From Phoronis australis (Eukaryota; Animalia; Phoronida): a stretch of DNA of 64,000 nucleotides. The notes under the pieces were generated by a model, which did no database searches, was not told the DNA's origin, and saw nothing but the letters and a program-made list of their open reading frames with translations. This document shows positions 12,301-23,884 of the stretch, one piece after another. The DNA lies in the NCBI GenBank assembly GCA_002633005.1, contig NMRA01000105.1, positions 846,010-910,009 on the forward strand. Reading direction: 5' to 3'. Each line of letters starts with the position of its first letter. Position 1 is the first letter of the stretch. Both the position numbers and the translations under genes were made by a program.

Positions 12301-15300
12301 ATCAGACTGCAGTCTTCGACAAATCTAGGCTTCAAAGTTGAGAGATCTTATGTAAATATTAATGTAATTAAATTAATGTAATACAAAACACCATGCTGAA
12401 GAGAGCCAGTCTTATAAACCAGGTTTTACATGCGAGTATTACAGTCTGGTAATTTTTTTAATTTACAAAATAACAGTAATCAGAGTTCCCGCCTCACGCT
12501 CAAAAGCAACAGAGTGCAATTCCTATAGTGACAGTCTACAATACTACCTGATGTCTGTTGAGATCTGAAGCCACAGTTGCGTTGTGATCACACAATTCAT
12601 CAAGGTGTTTACCGCTCAATAAATAACGCTGAGCTGACTGTACAAAGTATTCCTGGAATAACAGAATAACATGCCAGGTTAACTATATTACAGATTAAAT
12701 TTGTGTTGTTAACAATCACTGAGAAATATAACATTGCTTTAGAGCAAAGAGCAGTTCATAGATTGGGAAGTATCTTGTTAAAAGATATTTAACAATTCAA
12801 CAACATGACTACACGACAACTGTCTTATTAAAAACTAAACAAACGATACTTCTCAGTAACTCAATTGGAAAACAATCCTTTTAAAAGCCATAAACGAGGG
12901 ACATTAATTTCTCCAGGAGAAAAGTGTGTTTCATAAAACGAAACATCTCTTAAATTATCAATACCATCACTTTGCTTGTCTTGATGAACAAATATTTCAA
13001 AATTACGACTTCAAAATAAGAGTTCTGTTTTATGTGGCAATAAGCCCATGCTCCATTGAAGAAACCACGTTTATTTAAACCACTTGCCACAATACAATAG
13101 GCCCCAACTTGTTCCTTTCTCAGATGAGATGTGAATTTTGGTCTCTCAATAAACTTGAGAAAACGACACTCCACGACAAGGGCCTTGTCTTAAAGATGCA
13201 TAGCCTAATTAAATTGTGGATATGCAAATGAAGTACTTATTTACAAACATCCCCGGGTCTTCCAGTGTGCCAGAAACCATCCGAGAACCAGTTACCATTA
13301 AAATCTTGCAAAAGTCTCGATTTGCAAGTCTATTTTTGAATAAATGAGTAAGTAGCACTTTGTAGTTACCCTAAAGAAATGAGGCACGGGTTTTATAATT
13401 TGTTTATTTTGCTATCAAATAATGATTGCGTAAAATTTAGAATTTCTATTGATTTTTATTATATGTTCACACTTGGTTTTAAGTGCATTAGTAGTGATGT
13501 TTTCTTTAAAGCTGCAGTTTATTTACAATTTGTTTCTTTTCCTGAGTATACTTGAACACACAGTTCTCCAGATAGTCACTAGGAGGCACTGGCTAAAAAT
13601 TCAAATAATTACTATTTTAATCAACAGTAAACTCTCATTTCTTTCCAAGCCCAGATATCGCACATATTTTGACAGAGGATTAATTTTGAGATCAATTCTA
13701 TAATGAAGAGTGGTCTAAACAAAGTAGTATTTTGTGACACTTTATAACTGCTTTAAATTGTTTGTCTTGAAAATCTGAGATTTTTTCCATTCATAATTTG
13801 ATGTCGTTTCACCAATTAACTTACCTCCTCTTGATTGTTGAAGACATACACTATGCTGTTGACATTTGTGAACTGTTCTGTTTTGCCAGGGTTGGGAGTC
13901 TTACGAAAGATGTTGGGCAGCTTGCTCGCAGATGCAGATGTAGTTAGGCGATTGGCTAAGAGAGGAAATAGTATCGTTTTCATTCAACAAGGAGCAGTAA
14001 AACCGCAGCATACCATAGAAAATCACAAACATGTCTGCCAAACTAAATATACCTCTGAAATCGTCAGGTTACTTCTACTGAATAATGTGTTGTAGACACA
14101 AAGCTGAGAGTGAAGTATTGAAAGAGATCAACACACCAACAGCTAACAACGCAATCAGTATTCTTCCAGGAGTATTTATCAGTATCGTATAATATACAAA
14201 AAAGACACTAGGGGGCACAGCATAAGCCAAGTCCATTTGAAACAAAGCAAGTTCTGTCATCTGCTTGACAGAAACTTATTGTGTGAACATCCACCAAGGA
14301 ATGTTGTAGATATAAAGCCATATGGGAAGAAAACTTTGATTGCCACTAGGGGGTGCTAAAGTAGTAGGCATTCTCTCCTCAACTGGAACACATGCCACGT
14401 TTCACAAATATCCATCTAGGATATTGACACACAAGAAAAAAATTGACTACCAGTTGATGCCGCAGTAGTTGGACCAATCGTGATCATCTCAATAAAGAAC
14501 TCGTAAATATTAATAATGAACCTTCACATGCTTTGGCAGACAGAGAGGCAGACGCCAAAAACAAATGCAAAAATAACAAAAAATGGCCACTAGGAGCGCA
14601 GAATATATCGAATTATTCTATACAAATACAAGTATGTGTTGTCATCTCATATTTAACAAATATGATGAAAATCCACCAACAAAGTAACTTGGTAGATATC
14701 AAGGCATATACAAAGATAATTTTAATTGCCACTTGGAGGAGCCACAGTAGTTTGACCATCAGAAAATCAACATTAGCCGTGCTCATCTCTGAGATTTCAC
14801 ACTAACGATTTGAGCTCCTTTGCAGATAGAGAGAATGCCAGAAAAAAGACACAAAGTAACATAATAAAAATGGCCACTAAGGAGTACAGATTGTGTAGAA
14901 TCCTTCTGAAAATAGGAAAGGTATCATCATCACAAGAGGTTTTGGAGATACAGAAATGGATGTTGGATGGACGGATAGGGAGGACGGAACAATTCATCCA
15001 CATAATAACAATACGAAAATATAATTTTGAAATGTTGCATTCTGGTTAGACAATTCAGCGCAATAAAAAATTACAAAAGAAAAATAAGTAACACTGAAAA
15101 CAATCGTCTCGAAAGCCTCATTTGGCCACTCACTGGCAAGTTTGTCAGACATTGCGAAGGTGATGTCGCCGTGGATATTGATGTCCATACTGACAGGGTT
15201 GGCATGATCAGCTGGTCGCATGGCGTCCTTGAACATGTGCTGGACCATAGTTGAGTCTTTACTGCTGGAGAGGAATATATGAGGGTCATGTCGCCACTCG

Positions 15301-18127
15301 ATGTCTGCAATAGTCGCAAAAAATGGGCTGTGCAAATGAACACATCTTGTGATCATAAAAACTCAATTTGGGCTAAGCTATTCAAAACTAAGTGGGGGTA
15401 ATTAAATAATGTTCCTATTAGCCATACTGATACATTCTTTTTTAATTATTTAAACAGGGATCAACTAAACACAGAGTGACCTTGGTAAATCCCACTAATA
15501 AACACTAGTTACATTCAAAAGCTCAATGAATTTACAATCATCAGCAAAATTGAATGACGTGTTGAGGAGCACTTACCCACCAAAATGCTCGCAACAAGAT
15601 CCTTAATTAAAAGGCATGCTCTAATGATTTTCCGTACAAAACATCCAAATTTCAATCTTCTATTTTGCAATGCAGACTGCCTTTTAACAAATAATCTCAA
15701 TTTTACTTGGTTTTTGTTTTATTACATTTGAACAGCAATATACAATGCAGTAAATGTTTGTAATCTCTATTTTTGTTGACAAATTCCACAAAAGTAAATT
15801 CCACAATGTTTTAAACATAATTATCAACTTTCGTGCCTTTCAACTCTGTGGAAAATCTTTATCAACCATTTTCAGGCACTTTGATTTCCGGCATTTTTAT
15901 TAGTCTAAAAACATCACCAGGTTCTTTTCAGTGGATGGGTCACTTTGTATGAAAGTTTACACACGTGTTCCATAGTCTATGGTCGAGGGAACCGTGTTGC
16001 ACATTTTTGATTACTTGCGAATAGTGAAGATGTCAGGACAGTCAGGTGGAAAGAACAAGAATTGTGATAGTATTTTAGGAAGGGTGACCTATCCCCGTTG
16101 CGATAAATCTTCCACAGCAGACATTCCCTGGCCACTTGTTTCATCTTGAAATATTTCCAACTCAATAACACTGATGATTTCTTCATTAACTATAAATTTA
16201 TAAATACGTTTAATTCACATACCTGTCACGACATCTTTGTGTTCACAGAAAGCAGCAAACGGTATGTATGGCCGACGAATGTCCCACACATTTATGTTGA
16301 AGTCAACCAATAGGGAGCAGCTTGCGATGTGGTACTTGCGTTGAGGTCTCCATTTTACCCGAGCTACGGACGCGATTGTTTGTATAGTATGAGTACAGTG
16401 TGGTCGATTGGACACTTCCCAAACCTGTGGAAGAAAAGTTTACACATTGACCAGGCAGGTGTATATCAGAGCTCACAGATTATGTGAAATATTCAAGTTT
16501 TCATTTGGCAAATACCACTCTAAACAAAATCTTGTGTCTTAAAAGAAATCAAAATCTCGCAATATGCCATATAGAACGTCAGAAGATTTTAATATATAAT
16601 ATATTACTGAGATTTCTTTTACACTCTTCTACTGTCTCAGCACCAGCTGCTTGGTTGCATCATCAATGAAATATCTCTATTTTTATTAAGCGATACACAG
16701 TACCTTGTATTATTTTTTAGGACAAAATTATCGCAAAAATTTTCAGTTACGAGATGAGATTTGTGTTTGTGGTTAACCTTTATCAACTTGTCCCTTCCAG
16801 CGGTTGCTATCCAGTGTCTCTCTTCGGGGTGCCAGTCCAGCGTGAACACGTGGTCGCCGTGAGCGGTGAACTCTTTTTGGAAGGAGGAGGGATAACGCAG
16901 GTCCCAGAACTAAAACGAGTATTCCACATACCTAATGCAGCACATGCAAATAAACATGAATTTCATGAGCAACAACACAAAACGAAGCAAAAGTGTATTA
17001 CAGATGAAAGAATATCATACGAGACATTAGTCCGCGTATCAACCGAGACCGAATTGTATTCATCCTATATGCTTAAACTCCCAAGTTTCTTTTATTTTTT
17101 GGCAGATTTTTAAAATAATTCACTCAGAAACTTCACTCAACGAATCACAACTTATACTGTATGTACTCACACGATATGTTCACGAAAACAACAACGGTTT
17201 TAAAACTTGACATGTTTCGGTGTCATTTATTAAACACCATCCTCAGAAGTCATAATACAGTGGCCACCTAGCTAGGCCCAGCAACAAGTAATGAAGCACA
17301 GATACAGTCAGTTACAGGGAGTGACAATGAACTACACCAACAATGACAACCTGAGGTGTGTCAGTTGCCTATTGAGATTGGGTTTGCACCAACTGATATG
17401 TGTTACAGGTTAACTCTAGTTAACGAAAACAGTATTAAATTAACAATCTATTACTTGAAAAGAGATTAAAATGGTAATTGCGCATTGAATACGTAACATT
17501 TTCCGAAAAGAATTAAATAACAATATTTTAAATTGTAGCTACCGAGGAATCGGAGTCTGAGTTGCAGAGGATGTAACATTTAGCAAATAAAACTCAGACA
17601 GACGTTTTCTATAATCAACAGATTTGTACCATATGTTATGTTTGGGACCTGAGTGCGTGTTAGTGTTATTTATACTGCTGCAACGTTATTACTTTTAACT
17701 ATTTTGTGAAAGTATAATTATCCACATGAGCCGACATTGACCCACCTTTTGAACTTTCCAAGTCAGAGGTCACTGTTAAAGTAGTCACAGCAGTGCAATA
17801 CGGGAAACAATATCACATGGCCATACTGCACTCAGCTTCTTCAACACGTATGGGATAAAATACGAAATCGAAAATCACAGAAACATAATACGTAACACAA
17901 ATGATTTCATCTTCAATGGTTTAGCACAGATTTATATCGTTTTAACAATTTGACTGACAAGTCATTTTCTGCAAATGTTTTCGTGCCAGAGTGTGTTGGT
18001 TTACCTGAACAAAGCCATTTTCATAGGCTGCTGCGAACTGATTGGTTGCATGGGGGTTAAAACTGACGTCTCTCACATTCTCTGATTTATTAAAGAAGGT
18101 GCAGGCCACATCCTTCTTCCTAAGATC
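3246..18127 (-). CDS. WDR24: WDR24 (GATOR2 complex WD-repeat/zinc-finger protein), 5'-partial spliced gene, 13 exons, 650 aa visible
   Basis: Exons 18127-18005, 16909-16778, 16424-16223, 15304-15134, 13955-13825, 12652-12548, 11484-11343, 10827-10750, 6942-6764, 6190-5933, 5777-5675, 4691-4499 and 3381-3246 are all AG/GT-bounded with matching phases (1953 nt). Peptides such as [66 protein letters not shown] and [28 protein letters not shown] match vertebrate WDR24 as recalled. Confidence 0.96.
4499..4691 (-). CDS. WDR24: WDR24 exon: [16 protein letters not shown]...[27 protein letters not shown] (zinc finger)
   Basis: attag/gtgagt boundaries, phase 1/2, CxxC..CDRC. Confidence 0.94.
5200..5360. 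repeat. Imperfect foldback (MITE-like); related arm at ~7420-7510
   Basis: cacctattggccacat ... atgtggccaataggtg inverted arms. Similar sequence gatgtggccaacaggtggcgtgcagaccagacttgaaaat occurs near 7434. Confidence 0.6.
5675..5777 (-). CDS. WDR24: WDR24 exon: [34 protein letters not shown]
   Basis: tttcag/gtgagt boundaries, phase 0/1. Confidence 0.94.
5933..6190 (-). CDS. WDR24: WDR24 exon: [18 protein letters not shown]...DMLHYYADQ
   Basis: cttttag/gtgatg boundaries, 258 nt, conserved LPxEAFxxRHEI and DMLHxYA. Confidence 0.93.
6764..6942 (-). CDS. WDR24: WDR24 acidic linker exon: [22 protein letters not shown]...LQHPIND
   Basis: Acidic open frame, gtatgt donor. An alternative in-frame acceptor near 6924 is possible. 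Confidence 0.8.
7654..10595. mobile_element. 2.94-kb non-autonomous DNA transposon, CCATAGAC termini, 6-bp TSD, in a WDR24 intron
   Basis: tatcac|ccatagac ... gtctatgg|tatcac. Subterminal inverted block gacgccatattggagagtgttac / gtaacactctccaatatggcgtc. Confidence 0.85.
9254..9626. mobile_element. MITE (CAGTGGCGGAT...ATCCGCCCCTG), 5-bp TSD GAACC, nested in the 2.94-kb element
   Basis: gaacc|cagtggcggat ... atccgcccctg|gaacc. Confidence 0.8.
10750..10827 (-). CDS. WDR24: WDR24 small symmetric exon (linker): [26 protein letters not shown]
   Basis: ttgttttcag acceptor, gtagta donor, 78 nt, phase 1/1. Lies in a poorly conserved region and could be skipped. Confidence 0.65.
11343..11484 (-). CDS. 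WDR24: WDR24 exon: [15 protein letters not shown]...HDPHK
   Basis: ccttag/gtaagt boundaries, conserved VAQTW motif, phase 0/1. Confidence 0.9.
12141..12299. mobile_element. MITE, CAGGGGCGGATCCAGG family, 5-bp TSD TATCA
   Basis: tatca|caggggcggatccagg ... cctggatctgcctgtg|tatca. Confidence 0.8.
12548..12652 (-). CDS. WDR24: WDR24 exon: [35 protein letters not shown]
   Basis: ttccag/gtagta boundaries, conserved ELCDHNA motif. Confidence 0.93.
13825..13955 (-). CDS. WDR24: WDR24 exon: [23 protein letters not shown]...VYVFNNQEE
   Basis: ctcttag/gtaagt boundaries, phase 1/0, open frame. Confidence 0.85.
14095..14990. mobile_element. Degenerate DINE-1/HINE-like repeat with periodic CCACTAGGGGGC motifs
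   Basis: Motif variants near 14204, 14341, 14444, 14583, 14727 and 14871, followed by a ggatggacgga tract. Same organisation as 48068-49346; boundaries approximate. Confidence 0.6.
15134..15304 (-). CDS. WDR24: WDR24 exon: [28 protein letters not shown]...SDKLA
   Basis: ttgcag/gtgagt boundaries, phase 1/1. Confidence 0.93.
16223..16424 (-). CDS. WDR24: WDR24 exon: [27 protein letters not shown]...EHKDVVT
   Basis: cacag/gtatgt boundaries, phase 0/1, highly conserved WD40 segment. Confidence 0.95.
16778..16909 (-). CDS. WDR24: WDR24 exon: [44 protein letters not shown]
   Basis: tttag/gttaac boundaries, 132 nt, WD40 repeat. Confidence 0.94.
18005..18127 (-). CDS. WDR24: WDR24 exon (first visible): [41 protein letters not shown]
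   Basis: tttcag acceptor, gtaaac donor, phase 0/0, WD40 segment. Confidence 0.93.
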
Positions 18128-19037
18128 CTGAAAGTGAAATGGGAATATTGAAATACCTAGTATAAATAATAACAGTGAACACATCTATTTCCAAACTTTC
18201 AAATAACCCACTAAAACTCGCTTACGGAGGTTTACCGTGACGAACAAACTTTAATCTGGTGCAAACTTAAACTTTTAACTATACTCAGCAATATCCATCT
18301 ACCTAGCAACCACTGAATAATACCAACTAAAATTGTTTTTACTATCATGGCCTTGTACGATGTTAGAACAAGTTACTCCAGGGATGAGTTGTTGCTAAGG
18401 CTTGAGTGCTGTGTAGATACTATTTAAGCTGGCGCAACTTGTCCCCTCTTGTGACAACTTACTTCACTTTATGGAGTTAGGGCAACTTGGTTTAGAGTAA
18501 ATTGCGCTATTTCTGATTCCTGTGTGACCACAAACTTGGGGCAAGGCAGAATTATAATATTGAACAGCCACGTCATGGAGGATGGCCAACGAAGTGACAT
18601 CCCAAAATGATTCTCCATGAAAATGGGTGTCAGCGGTACCGAAAAAGCATGGGTGCGTATAGTTATCTCTCTGACAAACAGAGATAGCAACCAACAACTC
18701 GTAGTATCTGAACAATTTGACAAAACTAACGAAAAGAAAGAAAACACAGCAAACAACAGGTCAGCCACCACTCTATACTCCGTAGTACAAAGCAGCAAGG
18801 CAGCAATCGCTTTATAGTTAACTATGACTCGCAAAAGAAGGCAATAACTGTAAAAACGAATAAGGAAGAAAAACATGTCAAAACAGTATCACAATCCACA
18901 CAGTAATGATTCATCACTGGGTACGGTCTCTAATTTTTATACTCGAAATGGAACGCGAAATTTTGTTTGGCAGTTTCTTAAATCTACTTTTGTGCGAACT
19001 CAAGATAAGTGTGTATCACTATATGCTAGAGTATTTA

Positions 19038-19212
19038 CCGTAATCGTTCGGGTTAACGCCCTGGGCGGTTAAATTGGCGAACCCAAAAAATCGGGGGTGG
19101 GCGGTTAACCAGACATGGGCGCTTAAACGTGAAATTTCAAGAAATCGGGGGGGGGGGCGGTTAACTGAACATGGGCGCTTATTACGACAGGCAACCGCCC
19201 TGGGCGGTTAAT
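19038..19212. mobile_element. Left end of a TA-flanked CCGTAATCGTTCGGGTTAACGCC element (same TIR as the 22298 MITE)
   Basis: ta|ccgtaatcgttcgggttaacgccc followed by gggcggttaa subterminal repeats. Confidence 0.75.
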
Positions 19213-19473
19213 CTTACCTTATGATCTGAGTCACCACACGTACTAAGCCACATACTGGGATCGCCTAACACTTTGAAAAGAACTTTATCGCCACCAAGTG
19301 CGTACTCTGCGCACTCTAATTAACAAATAGTTTCGAAAATGTAGAGTGTGGTCAAACTCCGAACGCTTGCATAGAAAGTTTGCTACATAATATGGCGCCT
19401 CAGGTGAGACCGATTATTGCGAATTATGCTCATTATTTCACTATACTTCGCAGACGTTGAACATGTTCACCTG

Positions 19474-19598
19474 NNNNNNNNNNNNNNNNNNNNNNNNNNN
19501 NNNNNNNNNNNNNNNNNNNNNNNNNNNNNNNNNNNNNNNNNNNNNNNNNNNNNNNNNNNNNNNNNNNNNNNNNNNNNNNNNNNNNNNNNNNNNNNNNN
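19474..19598. other. Assembly gap (125 N)
   Basis: Run of N. Confidence 0.99.
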
Positions 19599-20094
19599 GA
19601 GTCTATTGAAACCAGACACTCTGGCAACCAACCACGTGCTAATGATTGACAGGTCTACCAAATACTTTGAATATTGCAACATTTTAAATACTTTGTATAT
19701 TTCTTTCCCAGTTGAAAGGGCCAACTTCTGGCTTTGATTAACTGGGAGTCTTAGTAATCTTTCAATGTGGGTGTCCAAAGTGGAGAAATTCTGATTGACA
19801 GGGCGTCCAAATGATACATTGGGCGTCCTTGCCAGGGTGTCTACATTAGTGCTAGGGCGTCCAAATGGACGCCCAGGACGTATGCTGCATGAAGGCCTGC
19901 GGATGCATCCTTCTGCTACATCTGTGGCAGATTGTCACCCACCCTAGTTTAACAGCTCAACATATTATACAACTTTTGTATTTATCGATATTTGTACTAC
20001 TTTAGTTTGTCATAATATATATGACCTTTTATCTCACCTACACGTTTTGTTTCACTGTGAACTAGCTTTGGTATCGCTTCACAGTTAGCGCATA

Positions 20095-21542
20095 CTGTAT
20101 TCACCATAATAACCGCCCATTCCCCTATAAGACCCCCCATGCGTTTTCAGACTATGGTAAAATAAGCGCCCAGTCCATGAACGTGTACGTGCGAAAAATG
20201 CCTTAACTACAGTCCTAAAATTCTACAGTAATGTCTTCAATTTATCAATAATAACCGACAGTCCTGAAAAAAATCATTGTGCGCAGAATTTGTAGACCAC
20301 GAGCCTCGCCGCTATGTCAGTATTTAGCCGTGACTATAAACTTAAAACTTCCGCCATGCCTCAAAACGAACACAAAAGTTCTGCTGATATTGCGAGGACC
20401 AATGGTCTGGCCTTTCAGAACAGAAGTAGTGTACTTGTCTACGGGATTGCTTTGTAGATATTTCCCGCGTTCATCAGGAATCCAAATTTCTTTGTAGGTC
20501 TACACGTGAAAACCGCGAATTGAAGACTAATAAAAAGCTTGGCCAGTGTGAGCACGTGGCCAGGAAGCGCGCGCTACATACATGAACCTATCATCAAAGA
20601 CATTAGTCGGGAACTAACCATTCATGAAACGGCAAGAAATGAATATTGGCACTATTCCGACAGTTTCTAATACTATAAAAATTTTGAGTTATTTTTAAGA
20701 TGAATTGTTTGATTAACCATTTTTAAGCCAAATATCCGATAAAATGACCACTGACAGTGAATGCTTACACACCCTTACACTGAAAAACAACTGTCAGATA
20801 GTCACGTACGCCACATCCAGCCACACGGCGACTAATATGGCCTTACCAAGACAAATGTCGAACGTTTTTAGAGACATGCTCTAGAATGAAACACGCTCTG
20901 GTTTAGGCCTACTGCTTGTGCAAATTTCTTTAGATACAATGCACATCTAGTTCGTTAGATTGCGTGGCTCTGGCCAAAAGACGGTCTCTGCTCTACCAAA
21001 TGAACTCTGGTGACACGCATGCACTCGCTTACTCACAAACGTAGACAACTTCAAAACACACGTCACGTGACAACAATATGTGTGTTCGTCCAGACATTTT
21101 TCTCATGTTGCCGATCATATGTGTAGATGGCACGATGTACTAGCAGATTTGTACTTAAAGCTGCCGTGATCCCGACTTAAAAATCTTACGGACGCTACTT
21201 GGAAAACTTTCAGGTAATTTGCTTGAGTCGAAACTGTATTTATATTCAAGCATTCAAGTTGCCATATCATCGATTGGGAGGCAGGCAGTCGGCAAGTTTT
21301 CGTCCTGGGATTTCAGCACAATTTTCTATAAAATGATCGTAATTTAGCAACAAAGTTTGATAGCAATGCACCACGGTTTTGAAGAAAGTCTTTTCATAGA
21401 TTATAGACACGTCAAACAGCGTAAATATGATGAATCTTAGCTTCCGATTTCACCTGTTTCAGAGACCGGGTTTCAACGGCCTCGGGTTATAATAAGCGCC
21501 CCCCCTGAAACGAAATTTTCTAAGCGCCCTGGGCGAATACGG
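20095..21542. mobile_element. ~1.45-kb non-autonomous DNA element with C(C/T)GTATTC(A/G)CC ends; partial copies at ~32348-33476 and ~52117-52285
   Basis: Ends ctgtattcacc / ggcgaatacgg. About 1 kb of colinear similarity (ctacacgtgaaaacc, aggaagcgcgcgctacatac, agagaccgggtttcaac) with 32348-33476. Confidence 0.7.
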
Positions 21543-21649
21543 CATAAATATTATTACAGTACCTTATGTCACTCAGGGCTTGGAATGACCAATGGCAAAA
21601 AGAGGATATTTTCCAATTGATGTATCATCTAGAAAATAAATATGCTTGT

Positions 21650-23155
21650 GTGATAGAAATATTTTTGTGTTGTAAAATTTAACTGAAATAAATGTTTTTT
21701 CATTAATATAGTAAAAAATAATGACAAAAAAGACGAAAGAAGAGAAAACTGAAAATCAAATACGAGGAAATTGAAGCAAAAAAGGAAATCCTCTTAAAAG
21801 AGGAAAATTCCAAGCCCTGTTATGTGCCATGAAATGAAAAGATTCATATATTTAGGCGGGTACGAAATGACATTTCCATCATTTTGAAACCACTTACCAA
21901 ACCCAAATTTATGACAAATACGTGAATTATAGTGAGCAACATTTAAAAGATTTTTAATGTAAAAATAACATCAAACGTTATCATGGACTGTTCACCCAAA
22001 AGCATCATATATTTACTTATCAGCCTAGTGCTTGAACTGCACTGATTATTAAGTAAACTTGATATGAAAAAATTGGTCTTATGATAGTAAAACCTCAAAC
22101 AAGTAACAGATACAAAATATCGCCAGATTCCCCTTAACTCATTTTTCAAGAGCTCCAGGCATTGACACGTTTCTTAAACTACTGTACAGTGTTAGTTTCT
22201 GTACACAACTTGAAAATAGCAAAGTATTAATTTTGTGCTAATTGTCTTTTTTGGAATAAAATGAGAAGGAAATCAATGTTGCTTTCCACGTGTTCTACCG
22301 TAATCGTTCGGGTTAACGCCCATGCTCACTTAACCGCCCATCCCCGACTTTAAGTGGATTTTCGATTTAACCGCCCTCCCCCGATTTTTTTGATTCGCCA
22401 ATTTAACCGCCCAGGGCGTTAACCCGAACGATTACGGTAAGTTGGTGACATTCTCACTGCAGCACAAATAACGGTGATAGAAATATTTTTGTGTTGTAAA
22501 ATTAAACTGAAATGAATGTTTTTCCATGAATAGAGTAGAAAATAATGACAAAAAAGACGAAAGAGTAAACTGAAAATCAAATTCGAGGAAATTGAAACAG
22601 AAAAGAAAATCCTCTTAAAAGAGGAAAATTCCAAGCCCTGTTATGTGCCATGAAATGAAAAGATTCATTTAATATTGAGGCGGGTACGAAATGACATTTC
22701 CATCATTTTGAAACCACTTACCAAACCCGAATTTATGACAAATAAGTGACTTATAGTGACCAACATTTAAAAGATTTTTAATGTAAACATAACATCAAAC
22801 GTTATCATGGACTCTTCACCCAAAAGCATCATATATTTACTTATCAGCCTAGTGCTTGAACTGCACTGATTATTAAGTAAACTTGATATGAAAAAATTGG
22901 CCTTCTGATAGTAAAACCTCAAACAAGTAACAGATACAAAATATCGCCAGATTCCCCTTAACTCATTTTTCAAGAGCTCCAGGCATTGACATGTTTTTTA
23001 AACTACTGTACAGTGTTAGTTTCTGTACACAACTTGAAAATAACGAAGTATTAATTTTGTGCCAATTGTCTTTTTTGGAATAAAATGAGAAGGAAATCAA
23101 TGTTGCTTTCCACGTGTTCTAAGTTGGTGACATTCTCACTGCAGCACAAATAACG
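21650..23155. repeat. Tandem duplication of a ~680-bp segment (21650-22473 and 22474-23155)
   Basis: Near-identical copies starting gtgatagaaatatttttgtgttgtaaaat, reflected in twin spurious ORFs 21943-22149 and 22767-22973. Confidence 0.95.
22298..22437. mobile_element. 140-bp MITE, 23-bp perfect TIR, TA TSD (Tc1/mariner/pogo-type target)
   Basis: ta|ccgtaatcgttcgggttaacgcc ... ggcgttaacccgaacgattacgg|ta. The empty site gttctaagttgg is in the second duplicate copy (TA at 23120-23121). Confidence 0.95.
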
Positions 23156-23836
23156 GTAAAAATTTTAAAGTTTGGTAATTATATATCCGTGCTCATTCTT
23201 CTAAGAATGCGGGAACACCTGACGATGGCCGGAGAATAGACCGACCAAAACATCATGACAGTGTAAATAGACTAGAGGTCGGTGTAAATAGACCAAGGGA
23301 TTTTAATAGTAGTTGTAATACGCCACCACCTCAGAGCGGTTTTAGAAAGTCAGAAAATGTATTGTAGGCAATTCTTCACTTATTTAGAGCAAAGTATGGC
23401 CCAAATGCAACCTCTATTTTGTCAAATTTCTCTGCAAGAGGTCTCCTACCATCATGGTTTGTACTGCGCAGATATCGTAAAATAAACATTTGTTGAAGCT
23501 TCCACTGTTTCCAGCATGGTAATTAGCCATTAAAAATGGAAAATAACCATTTGGCAATTATTCTTTAGCAAAACAAATGAAGATTTCTAGCAGGCATGGC
23601 ACGTTGCTATAGTAATAAGCTATCAACATGTAATACCGTAAAGAAACGATTTGTAAAATCATCCACTTCCACAATGACCCAAAAGGTAAACAGATAGCAT
23701 AAACTATCACAAATACATTAAGAAAACATTAATTTCTTATCATTCATACTAAAACAGCAGACGAGTATTGTGAAACTTGCACTTTGACCTGCCAAAGGTC
23801 AGCCAAGTTGACCACGGCACAAGACACACTACACTT

Positions 23837-23884
23837 ATGAGGAAGGCTGTTTTAGTTAACTTTGTATTCTATTTCTTCCTGTAG
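23837..23884 (+). pseudogene. Orphan signal-peptide-like first exon (frame broken)
   Basis: ATG-RKAVLVNFVFYFFL-TAG ending exactly at a gtag|gtgagt donor. Resembles the Ly6 first exons but is 48 nt rather than 3n+1. Confidence 0.35.

Noticed and set aside
18463-18707. Exon-like segment (ttcag...gtaagt) upstream of the first WDR24 exon, containing 'AISVCQRD' reminiscent of WDR24 'AISVCRD'
   Set aside because: Stops occur in all three frames before the donor and there is no further similarity; probably coincidence or non-coding
19417-19778. ORFs spanning the N run
   Set aside because: Artefacts of the assembly gap
21943-22973. Twin 68-aa ORFs as a duplicated small gene
   Set aside because: They start at TTG, have no recognisable domain, and simply reflect the local duplication
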